A stretch of DNA of 64,000 bases. Origin: Planctomycetota bacterium (GTDB lineage: Bacteria > Planctomycetota > UBA8108 > SXIK01). Under the pieces are notes generated by a model. The model did no database searches and was not told where the DNA came from. It saw only the letters and a program-made list of their open reading frames with translations. The stretch's first letter is position 1; every line of letters begins with the position of its first letter. This document shows positions 31,727 to 44,966 of the stretch, piece after piece. The stretch is taken from the NCBI GenBank assembly GCA_965223845.1, contig CBDCXR010000004.1, positions 6,208,001 through 6,272,000 on the forward strand, written 5' to 3'. The translations under genes and the position numbers were made by a program.

Positions 31727-32560
31727 CTACGGAGCGTGAACGTTCCAAGCCGGTGGCCACGGATCCGTGAGGGCGCCGTCCACGATATCGACCATCGCGA
31801 CGGTCGGCGGAAGTGCTCCGAGATCGTTGTCCCCCGGGAGCGGCGGGAACGTGATCGCGGCCGACGGAACGCCGGGAGGAAGTTGCACCTTGAGAAGAAG
31901 GCGCGGCGCGAGGCCGAGGCTCGCCGCGGTACGCGACGGATGATTGTCCGACCAGATCGATTTCTGAACGTTTAGCTCCGTCGGCGGGATGTACAGCACG
32001 AATCCTTCGTACGGCTCCGCGATTTCCGTCGTGATGTCTCGGGTACCGCACCAAGCCTGACTGCGGTACTTGATCGCGAAATCGCTGCCCCCCTGCGCGT
32101 GCGTCGAAGTCGGATCGCCCGTCAACGTGCACGGATTCCACGGGTCCGTGAGACGCTTCACGTGGACGTCGATGTCGTCGCTCGTCCCATCTCCCCGCGA
32201 CGCGGGATTGAAGACGTTGAGACGCGCTTCCAAGATCTGCGAACCGGCCGGCAGATTCGGCAGCACGAAATCGATGTAAGCGCAGCGAAGGGTGGACGGA
32301 TTGACGACCCAACCGAAGTTGAGCTCGATGTCGCAGCCGTGCGTTCCAACGCCCGTTCCCGCGACCGTTTCAGCCCACGTGTCCTTGTAATCGGCCACCC
32401 AGAGAAACACGACACCGGTTCCGGATCCGCTGATGGTCCCCGTCAGGGCGACGCTTTGACAGCAGACGCGACATCCGGACGCGCTAAGCGCGAACAGGAC
32501 CGTGACCGCGAGAGCGGGCGCGACGAGACGACGCGCGCGCTTTCGATGAGAGAACCGCAT
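31727..32560 (-). CDS. Putative lipoprotein, possibly DNRLRE/CBM96-like domain
   Basis: Lipobox-like SASGC; RCAYIDFVLPNLPAGSQILEARLNV...VKRLTDPW...PRLLL resembles the DNRLRE-type fold. Confidence 0.55.
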   Translation of the reverse strand: MRFSHRKRARRLVAPALAVTVLFALSASGCRVCCQSVALTGTISGSGTGVVFLWVADYKDTWAETVAGTGVGTHGCDIELNFGWVVNPSTLRCAYIDFVLPNLPAGSQILEARLNVFNPASRGDGTSDDIDVHVKRLTDPWNPCTLTGDPTSTHAQGGSDFAIKYRSQAWCGTRDITTEIAEPYEGFVLYIPPTELNVQKSIWSDNHPSRTAASLGLAPRLLLKVQLPPGVPSAAITFPPLPGDNDLGALPPTVAMVDIVDGALTDPWPPAWNVHAP

Positions 32561-32626
32561 AACTGACCCCCTTTCTTCGGGAGAACCAACCACAACTAGA
32601 GAATTACGATTCACCTGAATGCTCGT

Positions 32627-32656
32627 ACGCTAAGGGAGCGGCCGAGTTGCCGTCAA
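32627..32656 (-). promoter_or_regulatory. Sigma-70-like promoter
   Basis: Minus strand TTGACG-N18-TAGCGT upstream of 32560. Confidence 0.35.
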
Positions 32657-32890
32657 GCTGGGAATCCGACCCTGCCGCTCACGTGCCGCGATGCTCGCGA
32701 AGCCGACGCGCCCGGACCGATCCCGAGAACGGGGTTCGAGACCACGCCAAAACGCCGAGCGGTGATCGGAGACGAAAGGTCCGTGCGCGAGACGTTCCGC
32801 CGGCGCGGACGGAGATTCCGCCGACCGGTTCGATCACGGGAGTCGTTCCGCCGAGCTGCCAGCCCCTGATCACGGAAGCATGGGGCCGAT

Positions 32891-33790
32891 CTAAGGCAGC
32901 CCGATTCCCCCCGGAAGCATCACGCCCTCGAGTCCCGGCGTTTCCCCCGCGTACTCGTTCGCTGCCGTGATCAGCGCGTCCCAGCCGCCCGGGTCGCTCG
33001 CGCCGATCGCAACCGGCGAGCCGTCCACGTCCACCTCGATCGGATCGCCGTTCGCATCGAGTCCGTCGAGCATCCCGTCGGCGAAATCGGTCGCGACGGC
33101 TTCGACGACGTCGAAGCGATGAGCGTCTTCGACCGCGTCGTACGCCGCGTCGCGTTCGATGAGCCGGGAGAGGCCTCCGACGAGCGCGGCGTACTGTTTC
33201 TCTTCCATCGTTCCACTAGCCTTGAAGCGCGGAGTGGTCGTCGTGAGATCGAAGCCGAACGCGGTCTCGAAATCGGCGACGGCGTCCGTGATCGCCGTCT
33301 CGAGATCTTCGTCTTGGCTCACGCGGTGACGCACGTTGACGAGGATCGCGTGCGTGAACGGCGTCACGGTCGCGACCGCTCCGAGCGAAAGATCGACGAG
33401 CCCGGTGAGCTCCTGACCAAACCCGAGCTCGACTTTCTCGCCCGTGTCCTCATCGACGTAGCTGCCGCGGCGCGCCGTCGCGATGAAGCGTCCCGCGGTC
33501 CTCGGAACGAGTCCCGCCCACTCGCCCTTCGATGTCGAGAACGGTCCCGCGATCGCTCCCCCGCGATCGCCGTCGGCGAGAATGACGTGGATGCGAACCT
33601 CACCGCCCGAATGCGGTCCCTTGATGACGGAGCCGGAGACGCCCGTGTCTTCCGTGCCGTTTCCGCCGCCGCCGCCTTCGCACGCGACGGCGAGAATGCT
33701 CGCGCACGCGGCGAGGAACGTTCGCACTCGACGAGAATTCGCTCGGGGAGATGGTTCGGCCATGACGGTGGTCCTCGAAGCGGCGTCCAC
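32891..33790 (-). CDS. Hypothetical lipoprotein
   Basis: LAVAC lipobox followed by a poly-Gly linker and SGSVIKGP; acidic helical C-terminus. Confidence 0.7.
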   Translation of the reverse strand: MDAASRTTVMAEPSPRANSRRVRTFLAACASILAVACEGGGGGNGTEDTGVSGSVIKGPHSGGEVRIHVILADGDRGGAIAGPFSTSKGEWAGLVPRTAGRFIATARRGSYVDEDTGEKVELGFGQELTGLVDLSLGAVATVTPFTHAILVNVRHRVSQDEDLETAITDAVADFETAFGFDLTTTTPRFKASGTMEEKQYAALVGGLSRLIERDAAYDAVEDAHRFDVVEAVATDFADGMLDGLDANGDPIEVDVDGSPVAIGASDPGGWDALITAANEYAGETPGLEGVMLPGGIGLP

Positions 33791-33881
33791 CCTCTCTTCC
33801 TCTCGAAGGAAATCCTAACACTCGGGATCTGGGCGAGCTTCTAAAAACCTCGGGCGGGTGCCGGGACGGAAGAAGGAGGAT

Positions 33882-35951
<2,070 letters not shown>

Positions 35952-35955
<4 letters not shown>

Positions 35956-37532
35956 TGGTTCCCCCCGCGAGCGAACCGCTCGATGCGCAGCGATCGCTCG
36001 AATCGAAGAACGGCCTCGCGACCGGCTCGGCCGTCGAGATCGACGAGTCGCACTTCTTTCGGGTTCCCGATCCGAACTGCGAATTCACGCTCCTCCTCGT
36101 ACCGCACGCCGCCGCCGAGGGCTCGGTGGAGTCGAAGCTGACCACCGCGGTCGACGAACAGTACGTCGGCGAGTCCATCCCCGGTCAGGTCCTCGCCCGC
36201 GTAAATCGAAGGCCGCGGCTCTTCGCGCGCGAGCCCGGCCGTGCGCAAACGAAAGCGCTCGCGTCCTGCCGGTCGCTTCGCGAACGGAGCGGGTCCCGGC
36301 GTCGACGGATAGACTTCGTAGCTGATCTCGAGCTCGTCGACGGTTTCCTCGCGAAGCTGATCGAGAAGATCGATGCGATACGAAGCGACGAGCAGGTCGG
36401 CGTGACCGTCTCCATCGACGTCGCCGAGCGCCGGGCGACGGAGGATGCCGCTCATTCGAAGCACCTGCCTCGGCGTCTGAAAGCTAGCGACGAGCGCGTC
36501 GGGATTTTGGACGAAGATGCGCACCTCCGCGCTCAGCTCGGAGACGAGGACGCGAGTCACCACGGCATCGAGTCGCCCGTCGCGCGTGACGTCCGCGAGA
36601 ATGACGCTCGAGGCTTTGTCCGCCCACGGGAACGCGAGCGGCACGTCCGGCGAAGTCGGGAGCTCGCCGGATTCGCGCTGGAGAAAGACCGACACGCGAT
36701 TCCCGAGCTGCTTCGCGATCACGTCGAGCCTGCCGTCGCCGTCGAAGTCGCGAAGCACCGGGAGCGGAAACGCCGCGGAAGACTCGAGGAGGTCCGGCGT
36801 CTCGGCGGTCGGCTCGGCGAATGCGATGAGGTCGTTCTGAAGCACGATGCGGCCGCTGTCGACGAGCAGGTAATACTGAAGAGGGAGCGCGGTCTCGCTC
36901 CCCCAGCTGCCGTCGCCGCCTGCCGCGCTCACGCGTTTCGTCAGAACGCGGAGACCGCGCTTCTCGGGGAAGAGAAAGTCGTCGCGACCGTCGGCATCGA
37001 GATCGACACCACCGCCCGGCCAGAACGGGAGCGCAATCGGGCTCGGAACGTGGAAGAAAAAGTCGCCGCGAAGAAGTCGTGCGCCGCGAGCCGCGCCCGT
37101 TTCCCGGTAGCGGTACTCGATCGCGCTCGAGCGCGAGATGAGGACGAGCTCGAGACCCGGCGCGGGTGAATAGTCGCCGAGGGTGAACATCACCGCCTGC
37201 GGGTCGACCGCGATCGTACGGCTCGGCGTCCGCGCGTACGACCCGTTTGCCGCGCGAAAGAGGGCGAGCCAGCGCTGCCCTCCTTCGTGGTACGAGACCC
37301 AGAGCTCGCGGGTGGCGTCGCCGTCGCCCGCGCTGTCGATGTCGCGCGCGACGAAGCCCGTGATCGATCCTTCGACGAAGATCTCCTCGGCCGAGGTGAG
37401 ACTCGCGCCGATCGCGATCGCCGCGAGAACAGCCGCCGTGGGCGCAGCTCGAGCTCGCTTCGCGGGAAAACGCGGCGCAGCAGCTTCGTTCGCTCGCCTC
37501 ACCGATCGGTCACTCCACGTCCCGCATTTCAT
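35952..37532 (-). CDS. Secreted FG-GAP/VCBS repeat protein
   Basis: DLDADGRDD, DFDGDGRLDV, DVTRDGRLD, DVDGDGHADL and DLTGDGLADV repeats; ATGA overlap with the next gene. Confidence 0.85.
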
Positions 37533-38550
37533 CGCTCTCGTCGGAGCCGAACCGAATCAGCCAGAGGAAGCGCCAGCTTTTTCGTCTCCCTTCGCGCTCG
37601 TACTTGATGAGATTGAAGGGAAGGATGCCGAACTCGGTCGCATCGCGCGTTCGGTCCGCTTCGTAGTCGACAATGAGCGGAACGAACACCGTCCGGACGT
37701 AGCGTCCGGGATCGAACGCGCTCAGACGAACGATGCGCATCCTTCCCGCGCGCTCGACGATGAGCTCGACGCGCTCGCCCGGCTCGATCGCCTCGAGGAG
37801 AACGAGGAAGTCCTCGCCCCCGTGGATGAGTTCTCCATTGATCTGAAGAACGACGTCGCCCCGTGCGAGTCCCACCGCACCGGCCGGACTGCCGTCGAGA
37901 AAGCGCCGGATGCGCACGCCCGGCGCGCGTTCGACGCGAACTTCGAGGGGCGCGCGCGCCGCCGTCGGGAAGCGCGGTGACTCGTCTTCCCTCGCGGTCG
38001 CAGATACGCGGCTCGTGCGCGTCTCGCTCGCGCCGCCGGTCGTCCGCGTCCGGGCGGCGGGGATCTCGCGACCGACCTCCTCGACGACGACGCCGATGCG
38101 CCGCCGATCGACAAAGGCGCGCACGGTCGGCGGCGGATACGGAACGAGGCGTTCGACCGTGACGGCTTCGAGCTCGAGCAGCTCGCCGCCGCGTTCGGCC
38201 TCGAGGCGCAGCGGCGAACCGGGCGCGAGCGCCGAGACGATCGCCGTCGCGTGGCGCGGACTCCGCACCGCAGCGCCGTTGATTCGCCGGAGAACGTCGC
38301 CCGGCTTCAATCCGGCCGCCTCGGCCGGCGAGTTCTCGACGACGGACGCGATCTCGACTCCCCCACTCAGCGCGTCGTCTTCGACCTCGAATGCATCCTC
38401 GTCGGCGAAGAAGGACGGGAGTTCGGAGTGGATCCCGAGATAGCTCTCCTGCGCGGCGACGCCGCCGCCGATCGCGCCGAGCAATCCGGGGATGAGGGCG
38501 AGGCGAACGACCCGCTGGGCGAGACGATCGACTCTTCTCGGTGAGATCAC
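37510..38550 (-). CDS. Secreted double-PDZ protein without a protease domain
   Basis: YLGI...VEIASVVENSPAEAAGLKPGDVL..ING and GSPAGAVGLARGDVVLQING; aromatic beta-rich C-terminus. Confidence 0.8.
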   Translation of the reverse strand: MISPRRVDRLAQRVVRLALIPGLLGAIGGGVAAQESYLGIHSELPSFFADEDAFEVEDDALSGGVEIASVVENSPAEAAGLKPGDVLRRINGAAVRSPRHATAIVSALAPGSPLRLEAERGGELLELEAVTVERLVPYPPPTVRAFVDRRRIGVVVEEVGREIPAARTRTTGGASETRTSRVSATAREDESPRFPTAARAPLEVRVERAPGVRIRRFLDGSPAGAVGLARGDVVLQINGELIHGGEDFLVLLEAIEPGERVELIVERAGRMRIVRLSAFDPGRYVRTVFVPLIVDYEADRTRDATEFGILPFNLIKYEREGRRKSWRFLWLIRFGSDESDEMRDVE

Positions 38551-38557
38551 GAATCCA

Positions 38558-39388
38558 TCACTCCGTGACGTCGCGACGGACGAAGAGCGCGATTCCGATC
38601 GCGGCGCATCCGAGCGCGGTGATGCCGGGCACCGCCCACACGCAGAGGTGCTCGACGGAGTCGTCGAGCCAGAGCACGTCGGTCCGCCCGTCGGCGAACG
38701 CGATCACGCCGGCGAGGTAGGACGTTCGATCGAACAGCGCGGGCAGGTAACTGTTCCATAGATAACGCGTCGCGCCGGAGCTGCCAGGCAAAACCGACTT
38801 CACGATTTCGAAGAAGAAGAAGACGCCGATCGCGACGCCCGCCGCACCGGCCGCCGTTCGCGCCGTGCACGAGATGAGAAAGCCGACGCTCGCGAGCGCA
38901 AAGATCGCCGGAACGATGTACGCGATGGCGACGAACGAATAGCGACGGAGCTCGTCGCCGGCCGCGAGGGGTTCGATCGCATCGCCGTAAACGTCTCCGA
39001 ACGAGAAGTGGATCGCCGTCGAGCCCCAGGCGCACGCGGCGACGAGGACGACGAGAAGGAAGGCGGTGAGGAGGAGCGCGACCCAGCGCGAGAGCGCGAC
39101 TTCGAGTCGCGAGACGGGTCCGGAGAGCACATTGCGGAGTGTGCGATCGTGCCGCTCGGCTGCGACGGCGACCGCGGCGTGGACGATGACGAGCAGCGAG
39201 CCGAGCAGGTACGCGTGTCCGAGCGCGCGCGCGAAGACGTAGTATCCCGTTTCGGGAGCGTCGCCGGCGAGCCACGCGACCTGAGGGAAGACGACGGCGA
39301 GCCCGCCGGAAAAGGCGAGAGTCGATAGCGAGCTCTTCCGCCGGCGCGCTTTCGACGATTCGACGGCGAGGAGCCTGAGCAGGTTCAC
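38558..39388 (-). CDS. ABC-2 type transporter permease
   Basis: About six TM helices; AVAAERHDRTLRNVLSGPVSRLEV motif; C-terminal FVRRDV. Confidence 0.88.
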   Translation of the reverse strand: MNLLRLLAVESSKARRRKSSLSTLAFSGGLAVVFPQVAWLAGDAPETGYYVFARALGHAYLLGSLLVIVHAAVAVAAERHDRTLRNVLSGPVSRLEVALSRWVALLLTAFLLVVLVAACAWGSTAIHFSFGDVYGDAIEPLAAGDELRRYSFVAIAYIVPAIFALASVGFLISCTARTAAGAAGVAIGVFFFFEIVKSVLPGSSGATRYLWNSYLPALFDRTSYLAGVIAFADGRTDVLWLDDSVEHLCVWAVPGITALGCAAIGIALFVRRDVTE

Positions 39389-40362
39389 GCGACGTCCTCG
39401 TGCTCGGGCCCCGCCCGTGCGATCGCCGCGGCAAAGACGTCTTCGAGGCTGCGCTCGAGCCGCCGGAGCGAGTGGATCTCGACGCCCGCGCCGACGAGGA
39501 CGCGCGCGAGAAGCGGCGCGCGCTCGGGATCGATCACGATGTCGATCTCACCGCGCCGGGGCTCCGGATCGTCTGGCGTAGCATCGGCGCGACGACTTTC
39601 GTCTGCGACGCGGCATTCCGGCTCCGCGTTGAGCGCGCGTTCTGCGCGGGCGACGTCACCCACCTCGATCCGGTACCGAGGCTCGGCGGACCCGGTCAGC
39701 TCCGCGATTGCGCCGTCCTTGAGGAGTCGCCCGCGATGGATGATGGCAACGCGGGAGCAGACGCGTTCCACCTCGGCGAGGATGTGACTCGAGAAGAAGA
39801 CCGTCGTTCCGTGCTCGCGATTCAGCTCGCGAACGATCGCGCGAAAGTCGCGGATGCCCTCGGGGTCGAGTCCGTTCGTCGGCTCGTCGAGAAGGACGAG
39901 TCGCGGCGAGTGGACCAGCGCGCAGGCGAGGCCCAGCCGCCGGAGCATCCCGGACGAGTACCCCGCGATTCTCCGGTCGGCGGCCGGCGCGAGCCCGACA
40001 CGCTCGAGCCAACGGGAGGCCTCGCGATCGGCCGCGGAGCGGTCGAGTCCGAAGAGACGCGCGTGAAGTCGAAGGTGCTCGCGTCCGCGCAGATAAGTCG
40101 GCGCTGCGAAGTCTTCGAAGAGAACGCCGATGTCGCGATAGACCGCGCGCGACCGCGGCGACTTCCCGAAGAGCGCGATCGACCCGCCTCGCGGTCGGAG
40201 GAAGCCGAGGAGCGCGCGCAGCGTCGTCGTCTTTCCGGCGCCGTTCAGGCCGAGAAAGCCGTGGATCGACCCCTCGGCGACGCGGAGCCGGAGCCGGTCG
40301 ATGGCACGGAACTTTCCGTAGCCGAGAGAGAGCTCGCTCGTTTCGATCGCGTGGGTCGACAT
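39385..40362 (-). CDS. ABC transporter ATP-binding protein
   Basis: Walker A GLNGAGKTT, signature YSSGM, Walker B LLDEPTNGLD, SSH. Confidence 0.95.
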   Translation of the reverse strand: MSTHAIETSELSLGYGKFRAIDRLRLRVAEGSIHGFLGLNGAGKTTTLRALLGFLRPRGGSIALFGKSPRSRAVYRDIGVLFEDFAAPTYLRGREHLRLHARLFGLDRSAADREASRWLERVGLAPAADRRIAGYSSGMLRRLGLACALVHSPRLVLLDEPTNGLDPEGIRDFRAIVRELNREHGTTVFFSSHILAEVERVCSRVAIIHRGRLLKDGAIAELTGSAEPRYRIEVGDVARAERALNAEPECRVADESRRADATPDDPEPRRGEIDIVIDPERAPLLARVLVGAGVEIHSLRRLERSLEDVFAAAIARAGPEHEDVA

Positions 40363-40524
40363 GCGAAAAGCCCGCAGCGACGATCGCGCCGCGCTGGTAC
40401 GATGGGCCGAAGATCCCCTCCACCCCGCGCGCCCTTCCCGTCTTGCCCGATGTGCTCACTCGCGTTGAATCGGCGGGCAGGAGGTGCGACTCGAACCGGT
40501 TTTCAGACAGACTCCCAGCGAGAG

Positions 40525-41631
40525 ATGACTATGCGCCGACCCATTCTTCGAACGGCATCGCTTCGGATGGAACCGCTTCGAACGGCATCGCTTCGAACGG
40601 AACCGAGACCGGAGCCGTCCCGAGCGAGGTCGAGGGCCGTGGTCATCGCGATCGCGGCGATCGCGATGTGGATGGCCGGTCCGTTCACTGAGGCCGCGAG
40701 CGCGTCGGACTCTAGCGTCATCCTCGCGCAGGCTCAACCGAAAAACGATCGGTCGCGACTTCCTCTGAAGGTCAATCGGCCTGAGGCCGAGACGCGGCGG
40801 AGATCGGACTCGTCCACGAATGAATCGTCCGGAGGCGCGACGACGTCCGCGAACGTCTCTGCGGGCGACAAGAGCGAAGAATCCGGCGAAGCATCGTCCA
40901 CGAAGTCGAAGAGTTTCATCGCGAGCCTCCGCGGCTGGATCAAGGACTATGCGATGTGGATCGTCGTCGTGCTCGTCGGCGCGGCGGCGGGACTCATCCT
41001 CTGGCTCTTTCTCGGGCGCTCGGCGGGGAGCGGCGAGCTCGTCGGGCTCGGGGAAGAAAAAGAAGAGAAGGGACGGCGACGCTACTCGACGACGAAGATC
41101 CGCGCGGGCGAGGTCGCCGAACGGCTCGAAATGGAAGAAACGGAAGTCGACGCCGATCGCGAGTACGCTCTCGTCGTCGACGAGGACGCGCTCAAGAAAC
41201 CGCCGCTTCCCGAAGAGATCGACGCGAACACCGGACAAGTGTACGCGGATGCTTCGACAATCGAGGAGCTCCTCGATCGCGAGAGCTTCGACGATGCCTA
41301 CGAGGAATACGAGCGGCGCATCGAAGAGGACGGGGAAGCGGAGTTTCAGAGCGGCGTCGAGGAGTCGCTCGGAGAGCAGCTCCTCCGGCGAAAGAGCTAC
41401 GAGAAGGCCGCGCGCGTTCTCGAGCACCACGTCGCAACGCACGCGGCGGAGGACGTCGCGCCCGAGGTCTACTTCAATCTCGGCTACGTCCATTTCTTTC
41501 GGAACCAGCACAACAAGTCGAAGCGCTTTCTCAAGCTCTACGTCGAGCGGGAGACCGACGGTCAGCGGGCGACGCGAGCGAAGAAGATCCTGACGGTCCT
41601 CGACACCGTGAGCGGACCCGAGACGAACTGA
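40525..41631 (+). CDS. Hypothetical membrane protein with C-terminal TPR-like helices
   Basis: Signal-like segment, Ser-rich linker, TM helix (WIVVVLVGAAAGLILWLFL), acidic region, TPR-like EVYFNLGYVHF. Confidence 0.7.
   Translation: MTMRRPILRTASLRMEPLRTASLRTEPRPEPSRARSRAVVIAIAAIAMWMAGPFTEAASASDSSVILAQAQPKNDRSRLPLKVNRPEAETRRRSDSSTNESSGGATTSANVSAGDKSEESGEASSTKSKSFIASLRGWIKDYAMWIVVVLVGAAAGLILWLFLGRSAGSGELVGLGEEKEEKGRRRYSTTKIRAGEVAERLEMEETEVDADREYALVVDEDALKKPPLPEEIDANTGQVYADASTIEELLDRESFDDAYEEYERRIEEDGEAEFQSGVEESLGEQLLRRKSYEKAARVLEHHVATHAAEDVAPEVYFNLGYVHFFRNQHNKSKRFLKLYVERETDGQRATRAKKILTVLDTVSGPETN
40546..40605 (+). repeat. 30-bp tandem duplication made of 15-bp subunits
   Basis: CTTCGAACGGCATCG CTTCGGATGGAACCG CTTCGAACGGCATCG CTTCGAACGGAACCG, encoding LRTAS LRMEP LRTAS LRTEP. 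Confidence 0.8.
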
Positions 41632-41665
41632 CGCCGCCCGGGGGGCGCTCGGATACAATTCGGGC

Positions 41666-42616
41666 ATGCCCCGCGTCGTCGCGACGATCCGCAGTCACGT
41701 TCGAGATGCGAAGGCGCTCCTCGCCGACGCAGAGACGGCGCTCGACATCGGCTTCGACGGCCTCGTGCTCGCGCCGCCGATCTTCGCGCGCGATCGGGAG
41801 AGCCTGAGTGGGATGCTCCCGCGGCGTTCCGTACTCGCCGTGGAGCTCCTTGCGTTCGCACCGCGCGGAGTCGCGCGCGCCGGCGGGGACGCGACTTCGC
41901 TCGGCGCGCTCGATCGGGCGGAGCGCCGCGAGGTGATCGAGCGCGGCGCGCGCGCAATCGAGATCGCGGACTCGTACGAAGCGCGGCTCGTCCTAGTCCC
42001 GACCTCCGAGTTGGACCTCACCCTTCCGCCCAGAGGCACGTCGCGGGAGGACCAGAGGGCTTGGCTTCGACGGGCTCGGGACGCGCGCCGCGTCGAAGCC
42101 GCCGCGCGTCTCGACGGATACCTTTCGGTGATCGACGGGCTCCTCCGCGCGGCGGATCGGTATAAGGTCCGCCTTTGTCTTCAGCCGACGACTGCGATCC
42201 GCGCATTACCCGCGCCGGACGAAACGGCGCGGTGCCTCGAGGAGTTTCGTGGGGCGCCGCTCGGCGTTTGGCCCGACACGGCGGCGGAGTTTGCGACCGC
42301 GGACCTAGCGAAGACACTCGGGCTCGAGCCGGGCGCGGGCGTCGAGTCGCAGTGCGAGCGATTCCGCTCGGAGCTCGCGGGCGTCACGCTGCGCGAGCTG
42401 GGCGAGTCGGGCGAACCGCGTCTCCCCGGCTCGGGGCGCATCGACCGCGACTGGCTCGCGGCCCTTCCTGCCGAGTGCGTCTGGCTCGTCGATCGCCGAG
42501 ACGAGTCCGCCGACGAGCTCGCATCCGCGCACGCGTTTCTCCGCGGCGCGCTCGAGGGCGAGGCACCGGATCCGTTCAGCGCCAAGCTCTCACCCGGTTC
42601 CGATCCACCCTCGTGA
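41666..42616 (+). CDS. Divergent sugar-phosphate isomerase/epimerase (xylose-isomerase-like TIM barrel)
   Basis: [12 protein letters not shown]...[20 protein letters not shown] and PGSGRID patterns; several metal ligands look degenerate. Confidence 0.6.
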   Translation: MPRVVATIRSHVRDAKALLADAETALDIGFDGLVLAPPIFARDRESLSGMLPRRSVLAVELLAFAPRGVARAGGDATSLGALDRAERREVIERGARAIEIADSYEARLVLVPTSELDLTLPPRGTSREDQRAWLRRARDARRVEAAARLDGYLSVIDGLLRAADRYKVRLCLQPTTAIRALPAPDETARCLEEFRGAPLGVWPDTAAEFATADLAKTLGLEPGAGVESQCERFRSELAGVTLRELGESGEPRLPGSGRIDRDWLAALPAECVWLVDRRDESADELASAHAFLRGALEGEAPDPFSAKLSPGSDPPS

Positions 42617-42908
42617 GGACGAGAACCGCGCGCTCGATGCGCCGCCGCCCCGGACTTCGCCGTGCCCAGAGCGCATTCCGGGGTCGATTCGGCGCCACTT
42701 ACGGCGCGATCCACTCCCTACGTCGGCTCACCGCTTCCGCCGACAATCCGAGCGAGACACTCGGCCGATCACGCCGAGAGCTTTTCTGCGCGGCGCGTCC
42801 TCGCGTATAGTGCGGAGCTCGGCGCGCTGCGCGTCTACCGCGATCCTCGCCGCGCCGCTGACTCGACCGCGAACGAAAGCTGAGCCGATCCCCGCGAGGG
42901 CCCGTTCC

Positions 42909-44855
42909 ATGACTGAACCGAGAGATGATCTGCGCTTTTCTCCGCCCGCCCAGTTCAGCGCGAAGGCGCACATCGGAAACATCGACGATTACCGCGAGCG
43001 CTACGGCCGCTCCGTCTCCGATCCCGAGGGATTCTGGGCCGAGGAGGCGAAGCGGCTCGACTGGATCGAGCCTTGGGATCAGGTTCTCGAGTGGAACTTC
43101 GAGGAGCCTCGCGTCGCGTGGTTTAAGGGCGGGAAGCTGAACGCGAGCGTCAATTGCCTCGACCGTCACGTCGAGGCGGGACGGGGGGATCGCCCCGCGA
43201 TCATATGGGAGGGAAACGAGCCGACCGATTCGCTCTCCCTCTCCTACCGGGAGCTCCTCGCGGCGGTGTGTCGAGCCGGGAACGCGCTTCGCTCACTCGG
43301 CGTTGAGAAGGGCGACCGGGTCTGTATTTACATGCCGATGGTCCCCGAGCTCGCCGTCGCCGTGCTCGCATGTGCACGCATCGGGGCGGTGCACAGCGTG
43401 GTTTTCGGTGGGTTCAGCGCCGACTCGCTTCGTGACCGAATCCTCGACAGCTCCTGCAAGATCCTCATCACGGCCGACGAAGCGCTCCGCGGTCCGAAGT
43501 CGATCCCCCTCAAGGGAATCTCCGACCAAGCGCTCGAAGGCGCGCCGTGCATCGAAAAATGCATCGTCGTTCGCCGAACCGGTGGCGACATCGTGATGAA
43601 GGACGGACGCGACGTGTGGTGGCACGACGTCGTCGACAGCGCATCGCCAGAGTGCGAGCCGTCCGTTCAGGACGCCGAGGATCCGCTCTTCATCCTCTAC
43701 ACTTCCGGAAGCACCGGAAAGCCGAAGGGTGTTCTCCACACGACCGGCGGCTATCTCCTCTACGCGTCGCTCACGCACGAGCTCGTCTTCGATCACCGCG
43801 AGGACGACATCTATTGGTGTTCGGCGGACGTCGGCTGGATCACCGGCCACAGCTACATCATCTACGGTCCGCTCGCGAACGGTGCGACCACGCTCATGTT
43901 CGAGGGCGTGCCGAATTACCCCGACTTCGATCGCTTCTGGCAGGTCGTCGAAAAGCACGAGGTCACGCTCTTCTACACCGCGCCGACGGCGATCCGGGCG
44001 CTCATGCGCGAAGGGACGGGACACACCGAGAAGCACGACATGCCGACCTTGCGTCTTCTCGGCACGGTCGGCGAGCCGATCAACCCGGAGGCGTGGCTCT
44101 GGTACCACCGAAACGTCGGCAAGGAACGCTGTCCGATCGTCGACACATGGTGGCAGACGGAGACGGGCGGAATCCTCATCAGCCCGCTCCCCGGGGCGTT
44201 CGATCTGAAGCCGGGCTCGGCGACGCTTCCCTTCTTCGGGGTGCGTCCGGTGCTCGTCGATGGCGACGGGAACGCGCTCCCGGACGGCGCGGCGTCGGGA
44301 AACCTCTGCATCGAGTTTCCTTGGCCGGGGATGATGCGGACGGTCTACGGCGATCACGAGCGCTTTCGAAAGACGTACTTCGTTCAGTATCCCGGGAAGT
44401 ACTTCACGGGCGACGGCTGCCGCCGGGACGAGGACGGCTACTACTGGATCACCGGTCGCGTCGACGACGTGATCAATGTCTCGGGTCACCGCATCGGCAC
44501 CGCGGAAGTCGAGAGCGCGCTCGTCGCACACGATACCGTGGCGGAGGCGGCGGTCGTCGGCATGCCTCACGAGATCAAGGGGCAGGGGATTTATGCGTAC
44601 GTCACTCTGAGTGCTGAGAACGAACCATCGGAGGACCTCGCCAAGGACCTCGTCCGCCACGTTCGCACGGTCATCGGTCCGATCGCGACGCCCGACAAGC
44701 TTCAGTTCGCCGGCGGGCTCCCGAAGACGCGGAGCGGGAAGATCATGCGGCGCATCCTGCGAAAGATCGCGGCGGGAGAAACCTCGGAACTCGGCGACAC
44801 CTCGACGCTCGCGGATCCGACGGTCGTCGATGCGCTCGTCGCGGGACGTCAGTAA
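42909..44855 (+). CDS. acs: Acetyl-CoA synthetase (acetate-CoA ligase)
   Basis: [37 protein letters not shown] and [12 protein letters not shown] (acetylation Lys). Confidence 0.97.
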   Translation: MTEPRDDLRFSPPAQFSAKAHIGNIDDYRERYGRSVSDPEGFWAEEAKRLDWIEPWDQVLEWNFEEPRVAWFKGGKLNASVNCLDRHVEAGRGDRPAIIWEGNEPTDSLSLSYRELLAAVCRAGNALRSLGVEKGDRVCIYMPMVPELAVAVLACARIGAVHSVVFGGFSADSLRDRILDSSCKILITADEALRGPKSIPLKGISDQALEGAPCIEKCIVVRRTGGDIVMKDGRDVWWHDVVDSASPECEPSVQDAEDPLFILYTSGSTGKPKGVLHTTGGYLLYASLTHELVFDHREDDIYWCSADVGWITGHSYIIYGPLANGATTLMFEGVPNYPDFDRFWQVVEKHEVTLFYTAPTAIRALMREGTGHTEKHDMPTLRLLGTVGEPINPEAWLWYHRNVGKERCPIVDTWWQTETGGILISPLPGAFDLKPGSATLPFFGVRPVLVDGDGNALPDGAASGNLCIEFPWPGMMRTVYGDHERFRKTYFVQYPGKYFTGDGCRRDEDGYYWITGRVDDVINVSGHRIGTAEVESALVAHDTVAEAAVVGMPHEIKGQGIYAYVTLSAENEPSEDLAKDLVRHVRTVIGPIATPDKLQFAGGLPKTRSGKIMRRILRKIAAGETSELGDTSTLADPTVVDALVAGRQ

Positions 44856-44966
44856 AGCCCACCATCTCTCCGGCCGAACGGACTCTGTTCTCGTCGTGCC
44901 GCGCCGCATCGGTTCCAATGGGAGTCTGTGTCCCGGGATCGATCGCACTCGAGAGAGGTACGCCGA